A stretch of DNA of 64,000 nt from IMG/VR virus record IMGVR_UViG_3300023707_000001; one strand, given 5' to 3'. Made by a program: the position numbers and the translations under genes. Position 1 is the first letter of the stretch, and the number at the start of each line of letters is the position of its first letter. The stretch is from a virus. Its lineage: Duplodnaviria > Heunggongvirae > Uroviricota > Caudoviricetes. Below are positions 38,798-48,957 of this stretch, piece after piece. The notes under the pieces were generated by a model, which worked only from the letters and a program-made list of their open reading frames with translations, was not told where the DNA came from and searched no databases.

Positions 38798-39655
38798 ATG
38801 CAGAAAAAGATTATGGGCGCCATCCTTGTAGCCATTGCGTTAATCGTAATGGCTATGGGTGGCTCTTTTTGTCAGGCAGGCTCTATCCATGATGAAGCAC
38901 CCGCCCGCCTCGTCGATACGACAAAGACGTTGACGGTAGAAGAAAAAGCCAAGATTAACGACCAGCTCGAAGCACTCCATAATGCAGGAAAGGCCGAAAT
39001 GGTTGTTGTTATGGTTCCTGACCTTGAAGGAAAAACCGTGGAGGAATTCTCCATGGATATTGCAGAACGCTGGAAAGTTGGCAAGAAGGGCGAAGATAAT
39101 GGACTTCTCCTTGTTATCGCCAAAGACGAACATAAGATGCGTCTTGAGGTTGGCCGTGGTCTGGAAGGAAGTATCACAGACGGTATGGCCGGCGAGATAA
39201 TCGACCGGATGAAACCACAACTCCGAAACAACGATTTCGCAGGAGCAATCCTTAGTGCAACAGCAGATGTGGAATTAAAGATTGACGGCAAGGAAATTGA
39301 GCATGAAGGTGTAGATGGCCTTATCGATACGATATGCGATATTATCATCGTGCTCGCTTGCATTTATGCAGTGCTGATTTTCTTTACATGGTTGTACGAG
39401 GCACATAGGGCAAAATATCGGTACGGATTTATCAACAAAAGTTATGCTTATCGCTTCTTCTCGATTACTGTGTTCCTGTGGGCGGTTGAGAGCGTTTTTG
39501 AAGCAACGTTCGATATACTTATCACCATACCGCTCGATTGTTTAGGCGGTGGAAGCAGCGGCGGATATTCCGGCAGCTCAAGCTCGTTCGATTCAGGCAG
39601 CTCATTTGATTCGGGCGGCTTCTTCGATGGTGGGGGCTCATCGGGAGACTGGTAA
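38798..39655 (+). CDS. TPM-domain (YgcG-like) membrane protein
   Basis: WKVGKKGEDNGLLLVIA...RLEVGRGLEG; C-terminal GG.FDGGGSSGDW. Confidence 0.9.
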   Translation: MQKKIMGAILVAIALIVMAMGGSFCQAGSIHDEAPARLVDTTKTLTVEEKAKINDQLEALHNAGKAEMVVVMVPDLEGKTVEEFSMDIAERWKVGKKGEDNGLLLVIAKDEHKMRLEVGRGLEGSITDGMAGEIIDRMKPQLRNNDFAGAILSATADVELKIDGKEIEHEGVDGLIDTICDIIIVLACIYAVLIFFTWLYEAHRAKYRYGFINKSYAYRFFSITVFLWAVESVFEATFDILITIPLDCLGGGSSGGYSGSSSSFDSGSSFDSGGFFDGGGSSGDW

Positions 39656-39705
39656 AATATTTATAGGGGGCCAAGTCGGGCCCCTAAATTTTATCTAAAA
39701 AACTA

Positions 39706-39734
39706 TTGCTTTTTTACCTTGAATGTTGTATACT
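39706..39734 (+). promoter_or_regulatory. Sigma70-type promoter
   Basis: TTGCTT-17nt-TATACT, downstream of a GGGGCC/GGCCCC hairpin. Confidence 0.55.
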
Positions 39735-39764
39735 TAAATCAACGAAAGGGCGGTGGTAAATTAG

Positions 39765-40154
39765 ATGAAGAATGGGCATTACACCAAGGCAGACATTGTT
39801 GAGTTAAATACTTACAAGGAATCAAAGTTTGTGCGGGTTGCCGTAGCGGAGCTGATAAGCGGCACAAAAATATGGAGCAACGGACTGGACGTACAAATCA
39901 TAGAACCGTCTGGCGAGAAACAGATGTATATGGATTTTACAAAAGATAAGATTCCTGCGGTTTACGCAGTGGTTGCTGAAATGGTTTGTAAAAAGGCATA
40001 CGGGCATGGAGGTTACCGGCCTGGCGCCGGCAGGAAAAAAGACGAAAGCAAGGCACCCAAAATCGCATGTTCGTTCCGGCTGACCGCAGAGGAACGTGAA
40101 AAAGTAAAACAGTTTATTAATGATATGCGAGCAGAAAGTGGTGAGAAAAAATGA
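39765..40154 (+). CDS. Hypothetical DNA-binding protein
   Basis: HGGYRPGAGRK motif followed by an RHH-like SFRLTAEERE. Confidence 0.55.
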   Translation: MKNGHYTKADIVELNTYKESKFVRVAVAELISGTKIWSNGLDVQIIEPSGEKQMYMDFTKDKIPAVYAVVAEMVCKKAYGHGGYRPGAGRKKDESKAPKIACSFRLTAEEREKVKQFINDMRAESGEKK

Positions 40155-40756
40155 ATAAGGTTTTCAGAGCACTACTTACAATACTTACTGGTTTATCTGT
40201 TTGGGTATCTGCTGCAGGCAGCAGCGAAGCAACCAATTACCTGGCTATCGGGTTTTGGAATGATGCGGAAAACTACACATTCAACAACACCAGCAACAGG
40301 CTGTGGGCGGAAGAATACATAAGGTCCAAAATGCTTGAAGAGCACGGACAGAGATGGATTGTAGAACACAAGCTCGCCGAAGATATTGGTAAGTTCGACT
40401 ACATGTCGGAGGCCGCCAAAGTTGCAGGAAATTGGGACCCGAACGCATATGTACTCCTGATTTGCGTAGATGAATGTTTTATAAACCATACTGATTTTAG
40501 TCATTGGAGAACCGGACATGTAGACCTCAAGGACCCCTTCGTTGGAATAAACATGTTCCTTTTCACGGGATACGGAGAAAGCATTTGTTCCAAAGGACTT
40601 AGCAAACATTTGTCAAACAGGCAGGAAGAGCCCGCGATACTGTTCAATGCACTGTATCGTCACTGCTTCCGCGATGCCTGGGATAACTTTTTTGACCCAT
40701 GGTTATTTCCAAAAAGGAAAAGACCACAAGGAAATTATACAGAGGATTACCTCTGA
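40151..40756 (+). CDS. Secreted hypothetical protein
   Basis: Signal-peptide-like N-terminus. Confidence 0.5.
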   Translation: MNKVFRALLTILTGLSVWVSAAGSSEATNYLAIGFWNDAENYTFNNTSNRLWAEEYIRSKMLEEHGQRWIVEHKLAEDIGKFDYMSEAAKVAGNWDPNAYVLLICVDECFINHTDFSHWRTGHVDLKDPFVGINMFLFTGYGESICSKGLSKHLSNRQEEPAILFNALYRHCFRDAWDNFFDPWLFPKRKRPQGNYTEDYL

Positions 40757-40779
40757 TAAATATAAGGATGTGAAATACA

Positions 40780-42507
40780 TTGGTTAACAAGTATGTAAAA
40801 AGGAAACCGCCAGCAAATGGCTTCACCCTGCAGGATGTAATTGAAATATCCGCGGTAAGCCAAATTCCTCAAGTTCTTATTGCGGCCATGGCAAATCGTG
40901 GTTTTTCCCCTGCCGAAGTAAAGGATATTATTTTAAACGATAATCCTGCTCAAACATTAATCACAACCCCTCTGCGGGGAGCCGAAGATGCGGCAGAAGA
41001 AATCCTTAATCACATTAAAAAGGGTGATGCTATTGGGATTTTCGCCGATTACGATTGCGACGGGGTAACATCGGGCTTTGTAATGTATGAAGGCCTTAAT
41101 GAAATCATAAAACATCTTGACTCTGTAAGTAAGATTGGGGTATACTATCCACAGCGCAGTGAAGGCTATGGACTTAATATGGACTATTGCCAAAAGGCAG
41201 TAGAGCATAAAGTCGGCCTTGTAGTAACGGTTGATAACGGCATCACCGTAAAGGAACAATGTAATTTCCTTAAAAAACATGGCATTAACCTTGTTGTTAC
41301 TGACCATCACGAACCGATTAAAACAAAACTTCCGAATTGCACAATCGTTGACCCGTGCTTTTCTGATATTGACCGCAGCTATATGGCGGGCGTGGCAGTC
41401 GCTTTTAACGTAATCCAGACTATGGCAAACAAAGTAAATTGCAAGTTGGATATGGAAAGACTTTATCCCGCAGTAGCTATCGGCACCATTTCGGACTGCA
41501 TGCCAATGTGTTATGAAAATTCGGCTTATGTAAAAATTGGTCTGGGGCTTATCAACAATGGTGAAGCAGGGAAGTTCCTGTCCATGCTTAAAGGTGATAA
41601 TCCGTTAGACTATACGCCGACAGATATTTCCTTTAGCATCGCCCCGCTTATCAATGCGGCATCCCGCATGGGCGACACCAGGATTGGGGCGGCAGGGTTC
41701 CTTACGGATGACGACAGTAAAATCTCGGCAATTATCCGTAGTCTGCAGGAGCTCAACAAAAACCGAAAAGAAATCACTGACAATGCAAGAGAAGTTGTTT
41801 CTCATATCGATCCGAAAGACAATCGAATCATTTGCTTTAATGGTGCCAATTACGGTAAGGGAATCCACGGTATTATTGCCGGCGAAATTTCCAAACGCTT
41901 TCCGGATTATCCGGCGTTTGTTTACAACATAAAACCGTTTGATGGAAAAGATGTTGCAGCAGGCTCTATCCGCTGTGCAAATGCTGGCCTTAATTGCATG
42001 GAAATGTTTGACCAGCTGAAAAAACGTGGGATTATCCGTATGGTTGCAGGGCATGCTTCTGCCTGTGTATTGGAAGTCTATGCCGATAAAATGGGAGAGT
42101 TTGTAGCAGAATTTAATTCCATGTATGACAATATGGAAATTCCACCCACGGTAAAAGAACTGGATGCCTCCATCACGATTAAGGAAGCAACCAACAACCA
42201 GACGCTTATCGCACTCAATAAAATCCCGTTCACGGCGCAGGAAGAACCGCTCTTCGGTATTTCCAACGTAATGATTAATGACGTGTACGCCTCCAAGAAC
42301 AATCCTGAAAATGTCCGCTTTACGCTTGCCGATAGTACAGGGTATAAGCAGGCGTGGGCATGGAAGTTTGGTTCTCGTTATAAAGAACTGGGAGAGCCGA
42401 CACAGGTTCATCTTGTCTGCACCATCACGCAGGATTTTATGAACAAACGCTCGCCGAAAGCAACGATTAAGATAGTAGATATGATTCCGGTTAGAGTACC
42501 GGCTTAA
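40780..42507 (+). CDS. recJ: RecJ-like ssDNA exonuclease (DHH family)
   Basis: DYDCDG, TVDNG, TDHH, GTISD, PLINAASR, GSIR, AGHASA. Confidence 0.92.
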   Translation: MVNKYVKRKPPANGFTLQDVIEISAVSQIPQVLIAAMANRGFSPAEVKDIILNDNPAQTLITTPLRGAEDAAEEILNHIKKGDAIGIFADYDCDGVTSGFVMYEGLNEIIKHLDSVSKIGVYYPQRSEGYGLNMDYCQKAVEHKVGLVVTVDNGITVKEQCNFLKKHGINLVVTDHHEPIKTKLPNCTIVDPCFSDIDRSYMAGVAVAFNVIQTMANKVNCKLDMERLYPAVAIGTISDCMPMCYENSAYVKIGLGLINNGEAGKFLSMLKGDNPLDYTPTDISFSIAPLINAASRMGDTRIGAAGFLTDDDSKISAIIRSLQELNKNRKEITDNAREVVSHIDPKDNRIICFNGANYGKGIHGIIAGEISKRFPDYPAFVYNIKPFDGKDVAAGSIRCANAGLNCMEMFDQLKKRGIIRMVAGHASACVLEVYADKMGEFVAEFNSMYDNMEIPPTVKELDASITIKEATNNQTLIALNKIPFTAQEEPLFGISNVMINDVYASKNNPENVRFTLADSTGYKQAWAWKFGSRYKELGEPTQVHLVCTITQDFMNKRSPKATIKIVDMIPVRVPA

Positions 42508-42531
42508 GAATAAGATACAGGGGGTTAAGAT

Positions 42532-43362
42532 TTGAGCATAAAAATTCCAGAAAAAGAAGTCGACGTCATGGTCCAAATGTACAATGCTGGAAAAAATACA
42601 ACTCAAATTGCGGAGGCCTTACACCGGGATAGACATGCAGTATCGAGAAATTTAAAGAAGCGTGGCGTTGATGTTAAACCCACTCAATTTACGCAAATTA
42701 GTAAAGATTTTGATAAAAAGTATTTCGACAAAATCGATACTGAACAAAAGGCGTACATATTAGGCTTGTTGTTTGCAGACGGCACCTGTAATAAGTATGG
42801 CTCAACGTCGATACAGTTACAGGAATGTGACAAGTATATTTTAGACGAAATAAAAGCAGAAATGAAGCATGGCGGAAAAATAATAAGAATCGCCCAGAAA
42901 CAAAATTTCAAAGAATGTAAAAAGTCTAAAACGAGATATCGGTTTACCGCGTCCTGCAAATATATGACAGAAAAACTAATACAAATGGGGATGAGAAGTA
43001 AGGAACACATCCCCGAAATGCCAAAAGAAATGATTCCTCACTTTTTAAGAGGGAATTTTGATGGCGACGGGTGTATATATGTGCCTGAAAAACCAAGAAG
43101 TAAAAGTGATGGTTTGTTTTATTTCATGGGGGAGCAAAGCTTTTGTGCTGATATTGTAAAATATTGCAGAGAGAATAATATATGTGATTTTACAAAAATT
43201 GACAAGAGAAAAGGCATATACCAAATTAGGAAAAGCGGAAACAAGCAGGCCATGAAGAATATGTATGGTCTTCTTTATAAAAATGCAAAAATCTATATGA
43301 AAAGGAAGAAAGAAAAATGGGACTTGTACATGAAACGGAATCCGGAGTTATTGCAGGCATAA
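42532..43362 (+). CDS. Free-standing double-motif LAGLIDADG homing endonuclease with N-terminal HTH
   Basis: AYILGLLFADG and HFLRGNFDGDG; AT-rich relative to neighbours. Confidence 0.88.
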   Translation: MSIKIPEKEVDVMVQMYNAGKNTTQIAEALHRDRHAVSRNLKKRGVDVKPTQFTQISKDFDKKYFDKIDTEQKAYILGLLFADGTCNKYGSTSIQLQECDKYILDEIKAEMKHGGKIIRIAQKQNFKECKKSKTRYRFTASCKYMTEKLIQMGMRSKEHIPEMPKEMIPHFLRGNFDGDGCIYVPEKPRSKSDGLFYFMGEQSFCADIVKYCRENNICDFTKIDKRKGIYQIRKSGNKQAMKNMYGLLYKNAKIYMKRKKEKWDLYMKRNPELLQA

Positions 43363-45493
43363 TAAAACAGGAGCACGAGGATAGGCCTGAAATAAAAGAC
43401 TTCGTTCACCTCCATGTTCATACAATTTATTCAACCTTAGATGGGTTGTGTAAACCGGACGTGTTGGCCGCTCGCGCAAAAGAACTGGGTATGAAGGCCG
43501 TTGCGGTGACCGACCATGGTCATTGTGGTTCTGCGCTCGCCTTTCAGACGGCCATGAAAAAACAGGGGATTAAGCCGATTCTTGGTGCAGAACTTTACTA
43601 TACGCCGGATATGAAAATTGCGGCCATGGAAAAAGAGGACCGCGATGCATGGGGTATCCGTGAAGTCTTAAAAGACCAGGAAGCAAGAAACCATTGTGAT
43701 TGGGGTATCACCAAGAAAAAGGGCGACAGAAAAACCCTGGACGAATATATGTTGATGTTGCTGGCAACCATCAAAGATGAAACCAAGCGTGACATTAAGA
43801 ATGTATCGCTGGAAGCCATAAGAGAAGTATTTAATAAAGATGAAATCTCTGCATTTAAGCGCCTTAATGCAGGCATCTTTGAAGAGTTTGCTTACGACAT
43901 GCGCCAGTACCATTTGATTGTGCTGGCCATGAATCAGACGGGCTGGAAAAACCTTGTAGCAATCCAATCGATTGCTTCCCGTGAATGTCAGTATAATAAC
44001 CGTGCGCTCACTGACCTTAATCTCCTTAAAAAATACAACGAGGGGCTTATCGTGGCCACGGCATGTGTCGGCTCAATCTTTAGCCGCTACGTACAGAAGC
44101 GCAGACCTGACCTCGCTGAACAAGCACTGTTTGAATTCAAGGAAGTGTTCGGCGACAGATTTTATCTTGAAATCCAGCCCATCGCAATCCCGCAGCAGAT
44201 GATGACCAATCCATTCTATATGGAAATGGCCAAGAAACATGATATTAAGACCATCGCTACAACCGATACGCATTATGTCTTTAAGGAAGACCATGAAGTG
44301 CACGACGCTTACATGTGTATCAGCACGGGCCGTTATCTGGATGACAAGATTGATAAAGAACGCTGGCTCGAAAAACATAAAAGCGGTAAAACGGAATACA
44401 AGGGGCGCATGAAATATACCAACGATTACTGGCTCCGTGACATCCCCGAAATGATTGATGCCTTCCTTGTGCAGGAAGATTACGGCAAGAACTTTTTCTC
44501 GGAAGGAAATCAATTATCCATCGAAGAATACCGCAAATATTGGATTGCCGCAATAAAGGAAACAGCAAAGGTTGCAGACCGTATCGAAGATAATATTCTG
44601 ATTGGCTCGGCAACAACTCTTTACCCAAAAGTAAAGGATATCCCCAAAGGTTTTACGCCGGACAGCTGGCTCACCGCACAGGCTGTAAATGGTTTGGTCC
44701 AGTATGCCGATAAGATGAAAAATGCTGGCACGCCGATTGACTTCAAGGTTTATTCCGACCGTCTTTTTGATGAGCTGGCCGTTATTAAGACGAAGCATTA
44801 TGCAGACTACTTCCTCGGTGTGCAGGAATACACCAACTGGGCAAACTCCATCAATCCGGAAACGGGCCTGCCGTTCTGTGTTACGGGACCGGGCCGCGGA
44901 AGTGCAGCAGGAAGCCTTGTCCTCTACATGCTCGGTATAACGAAAAATATCGACCCGATTAAATTTAACCTGATGTTTGGTCGATTCCTCACCATGGATA
45001 GAGATACACCCCCCGATGTGGATACTGACTTTTCATGGAAACATAGACCACTTGTTATTAACCATCTTGAAGATGTATACGGTGAAGACCATGTATGTCA
45101 TATCGGCGCCTGGACAACAGAATCCATTTATACGGGTATCAAAGACTTTGCGCGCGTTCTTGCTCGTCCTGTAAGTGTAGCTGATAAGATTAACAAAGAG
45201 CTGCAGGCAATCTGCAATAGCGATCCGAAAGCATGCTTTAAGATGTTTGACGGGATGAAGGAATCTAATCCCGAAGGATACAAGCGCTTTAAAGAACTCG
45301 AGGAAAGCGAACCGCAGGTATTTAATTATGCCAGACAATGTGAAGGCGTTATCCGTCAGTGGACAACGCACGCATCCGGCGTTATCGCTTGTCCGGAAAG
45401 TCTCATTGGACTGGTCCCGACACGATACGATACTAAAGAAAATACCACAGTGGCACTTTTCACTGGTGTGGAATGCGAAGAGATAGGCCTCAT
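43317..45493 (+). CDS. dnaE: DNA polymerase III alpha subunit, exon 1 (PHP + palm)
   Basis: HLHVHTIYSTLDG, TDHG, GRGSAAGSL, PDVDTDF, HASG; ends ...GL(I) at the 5' splice site. Confidence 0.95.
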
Positions 45494-46948
45494 TTAATGT
45501 CAGATTTGGTGAGGGATAAAGCGGGTAATATGCTGGAACCCCTAAAGACCTATTTACCACAACGAAATCACATAACAGATGATAAACGTGAAGGTTATGA
45601 AAAACAATAGTGTATGAACCGTCCTGGTAGGCCAGGCTCCGGTGATGAAATGGGCAATCAGCAGGCACGATAAGTTCCGCCTCAGAGAGTATGGGAATAT
45701 CCCACTGCTATATGGGTGACTGTATAGTAGATCCCCGATAAGGTCATTAGACCGAATGATGTACTCCGAACTTATGGGAGACCATAAGATCTAAGCAGAA
45801 ATGACTTAGAAATTACATCTTTGGAATTATTAAGCGCAAAAACATTAGTAATGGTCCGTTTAGAAAGGACTGGTACTAATGACCGCTAAAATTCCGTCTA
45901 ATTTAATACTGGAAGATATAAGACGAGTTATTGCCGAAACAGGCAGTACAAAATTCAAGGATTACAAGAGTAAAGGCAAATATTCAGAATGCGCCGTCAC
46001 GAGGGTAATTGGTAGCTGGACTAAATTTTTGAAGTCAGAAGGGTATGTAAATGCTTATCACCACGGCGTATCAAAAAAAGAACTTGTTGACGATGTAAAA
46101 AGCGTATTTGCCAAAACAGGAAACACAAAACAGGAAAACTATATTCGAAATGGAAAGTTTTCAAGGGCTGTTGTTAAGAGACTATTTGGTTCATGGAACA
46201 AAATGCTGTGTGAACTTGGATATCAGGTTAATATGTTAAAACCAGGACAATATACAAAAGAAGGAATCCTGGAAAACTACAAGGAATTAAAAAAGGACTT
46301 TGGTCGTCCGTTAAGCGCAGCAGAGTTTCGGAAATATGGTAGATATTCTCAGCCAATAATTGACAGGGTCTTTGGTTCTTTTACTAATATGAAAAGAGAA
46401 CTCGGAGAATTGGTTGATGGGCGTTTTGTGTCAAATGAAGAGCTAGAGAAAGATATTAGACAACTATACGAAAAATATGGCGTATTGTCCGAGGAGATAA
46501 TTGGTCAGGAAGCAATCTTGTCATACCCAACCATATTGGCCAGATATGGTACTCTGGATAATTTATGTAGTAAGCTAAAAATACCACAAGGGCCGCTAAG
46601 GAACAAATCAAAATTCCTGATTAAGTGTTTAACAACAATAAAAGAACACCTTGGCAATGAATACGTATTAGAAAAGACCTTCCCATGGCTTCGAAATCCT
46701 GCAACAAATAGGCCAATGTTTATCGATATATTTTATCCAAAGCTAAAATTAGCCATAGAAGTTGATGGCGGGCAGCACCGTGAGATTTGTATGTACACGC
46801 CAACACAAGATGCGCTAAAAAGAATTCAACAAAGGGATAAGGCAAAGGATAACTTGCTGTTGAAAAATGGTTATAAAGTTATTCGTCTAAACAAATCTTC
46901 CTCGTCTTACATAGAAAAAGAATTAAAAGATGTAATTTAACAAAATCG
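45494..46948 (+). mobile_element. Group I intron 1 in dnaE
   Basis: P1 CCTCAT/GTGAGG with U.G; P10 ATGTCAGATTTG pairs with 3' exon CAAATATGACAT; P4 TGCTG/CAGCA; P7 GAGTA/TACTC; terminal G at 46948; splicing restores GLIKYDILGLKTLD. Confidence 0.92.
45879..46940 (+). CDS. Intron-encoded homing endonuclease: helical repeats + Vsr/DUF559-like PD-(D/E)xK (EDxHD-type) domain
   Basis: About 4 repeats ending FGSW/F-type; IDIFYPKLKLAIEVDGGQH. Confidence 0.8.
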   Translation: MTAKIPSNLILEDIRRVIAETGSTKFKDYKSKGKYSECAVTRVIGSWTKFLKSEGYVNAYHHGVSKKELVDDVKSVFAKTGNTKQENYIRNGKFSRAVVKRLFGSWNKMLCELGYQVNMLKPGQYTKEGILENYKELKKDFGRPLSAAEFRKYGRYSQPIIDRVFGSFTNMKRELGELVDGRFVSNEELEKDIRQLYEKYGVLSEEIIGQEAILSYPTILARYGTLDNLCSKLKIPQGPLRNKSKFLIKCLTTIKEHLGNEYVLEKTFPWLRNPATNRPMFIDIFYPKLKLAIEVDGGQHREICMYTPTQDALKRIQQRDKAKDNLLLKNGYKVIRLNKSSSSYIEKELKDVI

Positions 46949-47189
46949 CAAATATGACATCTTGGGCCTTAAAACCCTGGATATCATCGAAGGCACGTTG
47001 TTGTCAATTGACAAAGACTTCAACTGGCTCTACGATACCGTAACTATGAATGATAAAAAGACATTCAAAATGATTCGTGATTTAAAAACGGATGCGGTAT
47101 TCCAGATTGAGTCCGACATGATGAAAGGGCTTGTAAAAGACATTCAGCCGGATAACATAGAAGACCTTTCGGCTCTTGTGGCGCTCGGT
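46949..47189 (+). CDS. dnaE: dnaE exon 2 (241 nt)
   Basis: KYDILGLKTLD...AVFQIES..MK...QP..IEDLSALVALG. Confidence 0.92.
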
Positions 47190-48957
47190 TAACCAGGACA
47201 GGCCGAGGATAAAGCGGGTAATATGCGGGAACCCCTAAAGACTTGCACACTACAACGAAATGTTATCATAATAAACATAAGCGTGACAGTTTTAAAAAGA
47301 AGCAAGTATGAACCATCCTAGTGGGCTAGGCTCTGGTGATGAAATGGGCAATCCGCAGGCACGATAAGTTCCGCCTCAACGAGTATGGGAATATCCCATT
47401 GCTGTATAGGTGACTGTATAGCAAATCCCCGATAAGGACAATAGTCCGAATGATGTACTCTGAACTTATGGGAAACCATAAGAATTAAGCAGAAATGACT
47501 TAATCGAAAGCGAAGATAGAAATGACTAAACAAGAAATAGCTCAAAGATTACAACGAGAATACAAACAATACGGGAAAGTTGACGCAAACAAACTTAATA
47601 ATAATGAATATAATTTTTACATGGAAATTCTTGAAAAGTTTGGAGCCATGTGGAGGGCTCTAAGGTTTGCGAACATCCCGCAGAAAGTTCCTGTAATAGG
47701 AATAACGAAAGAAGAATGCATTGAAGAACTTCGGCGCCTACAAAAAGAACACGGCAAAGTTACTACTAAAATAATAAAAGACTTCTCGTTCGTCAGTGTC
47801 GTTAAGTTCCATAAGACTTTCGGTTCTTTGTCGGCAGCGAAAGAGGAAGCAGGCATTGCGAACCTCCAGCCAAAGATAGATAAAAGAAAACGAATTATAA
47901 AGTGCTTACAGGATATGTATAAAGCAGACGGTAGGGTAGACTCTTATAAACTTAAAGCCCAACATAGCGGAATATACAAAGATATTTTGCAGGAATATAA
48001 TGGCGGTTTGTGGAGGGCCTTAAAAGACGCAGGAATTCAACAGGACTGTTTAGTTGCGAACTTAACAAAACCAGAAGCAATAGAAGAACTGCAACGGCTA
48101 TATAAAAAGCACGGAAAAGTAACAAAAGATATAATAGATGAATACGGGATTATGTCTTCGAGTCTTGTTGGATGTTTATTTGGTGGTATCCAAGCTGCCT
48201 TAGTCGAGGCGGGGATAGAAAAACGCGTTGTTGGGCAAAGAAAGAATATCTCTAAGGAAGAACTCGATGCTGAAATATTTCGTCTGGTGGCGAGATATGG
48301 ATATATCAGCAAGCCAATGATGGAAAAGCATTCAACCATTAACTATAAAGTCGTTAATAGGATATACGGCGGCTTTAAGAAAATGTATGACGAACTAGGA
48401 GTCCCTCATAGTAAAAATGGAAGAACCCCAACCGACGAAGAGCTAATTGATGAGTACCTAAGGATATGCAGTGAGTTTAAAGAGGTGACTCAAGATATTA
48501 TAACTCAGGAGTCCGAATACTCGACAACCTGTTATAAAGATAGGTTTGGTTCACTAAATAAACTTAGGGAAAAGCTAGGAATGAAGCCTAACCCAAACGG
48601 CGTCAGAAAATCTTCAAAAACAGCAGCATGGTGTATAAAAAAGTACGAAAAATTTTTAAAGCGCAAAGCTGTAAAAGAAAAATCATTTCCATGGCTAAGG
48701 AATAAAGAAACCGGGAAAAAGCTTAGAATAGATGCTTACTTCGAAGATTTAAAAGTTGGTATTGAATATAATGGTCCACAACATTATATAGACACTCCTT
48801 TATATTACAAAAATAAAGGCGAACTTGAGCACCGCCAAAAATTAGATAAATTAAAAATCGAACTGTGTAAACAACATGGTATAAAAATCATTTCTGTCAA
48901 ATACGACGATAAAGTCACAAACGACTATATCAAACAATCGCTTTTGTAACAAATTTG
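47190..48957 (+). mobile_element. Group I intron 2 in dnaE
   Basis: P1 CTCGGT/GCCGAG with U.G; P10 CCAGGAC(A)G with CGTCCTGG; P4 TGCGG/CCGCA; P7 GAGTA/TACTC; terminal G at 48957; splicing restores ALG|RPGPM. Confidence 0.92.
47522..48949 (+). CDS. Intron-encoded homing endonuclease: about 6 helical repeats + PD-(D/E)xK domain
   Basis: Repeated LQR..K.HGKV...FG..AL..AGI units; RIDAYFEDLKVGIEYNGPQHY. Confidence 0.8.
   Translation: MTKQEIAQRLQREYKQYGKVDANKLNNNEYNFYMEILEKFGAMWRALRFANIPQKVPVIGITKEECIEELRRLQKEHGKVTTKIIKDFSFVSVVKFHKTFGSLSAAKEEAGIANLQPKIDKRKRIIKCLQDMYKADGRVDSYKLKAQHSGIYKDILQEYNGGLWRALKDAGIQQDCLVANLTKPEAIEELQRLYKKHGKVTKDIIDEYGIMSSSLVGCLFGGIQAALVEAGIEKRVVGQRKNISKEELDAEIFRLVARYGYISKPMMEKHSTINYKVVNRIYGGFKKMYDELGVPHSKNGRTPTDEELIDEYLRICSEFKEVTQDIITQESEYSTTCYKDRFGSLNKLREKLGMKPNPNGVRKSSKTAAWCIKKYEKFLKRKAVKEKSFPWLRNKETGKKLRIDAYFEDLKVGIEYNGPQHYIDTPLYYKNKGELEHRQKLDKLKIELCKQHGIKIISVKYDDKVTNDYIKQSLL

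Noticed and set aside
45033-47545. Minus-strand ORFs sharing VPAYYPLYP / PADCPFHH text (45033-45668, 47065-47250, 47318-47545)
   Set aside because: The similarity comes from the duplicated intron ribozyme cores, not from protein coding
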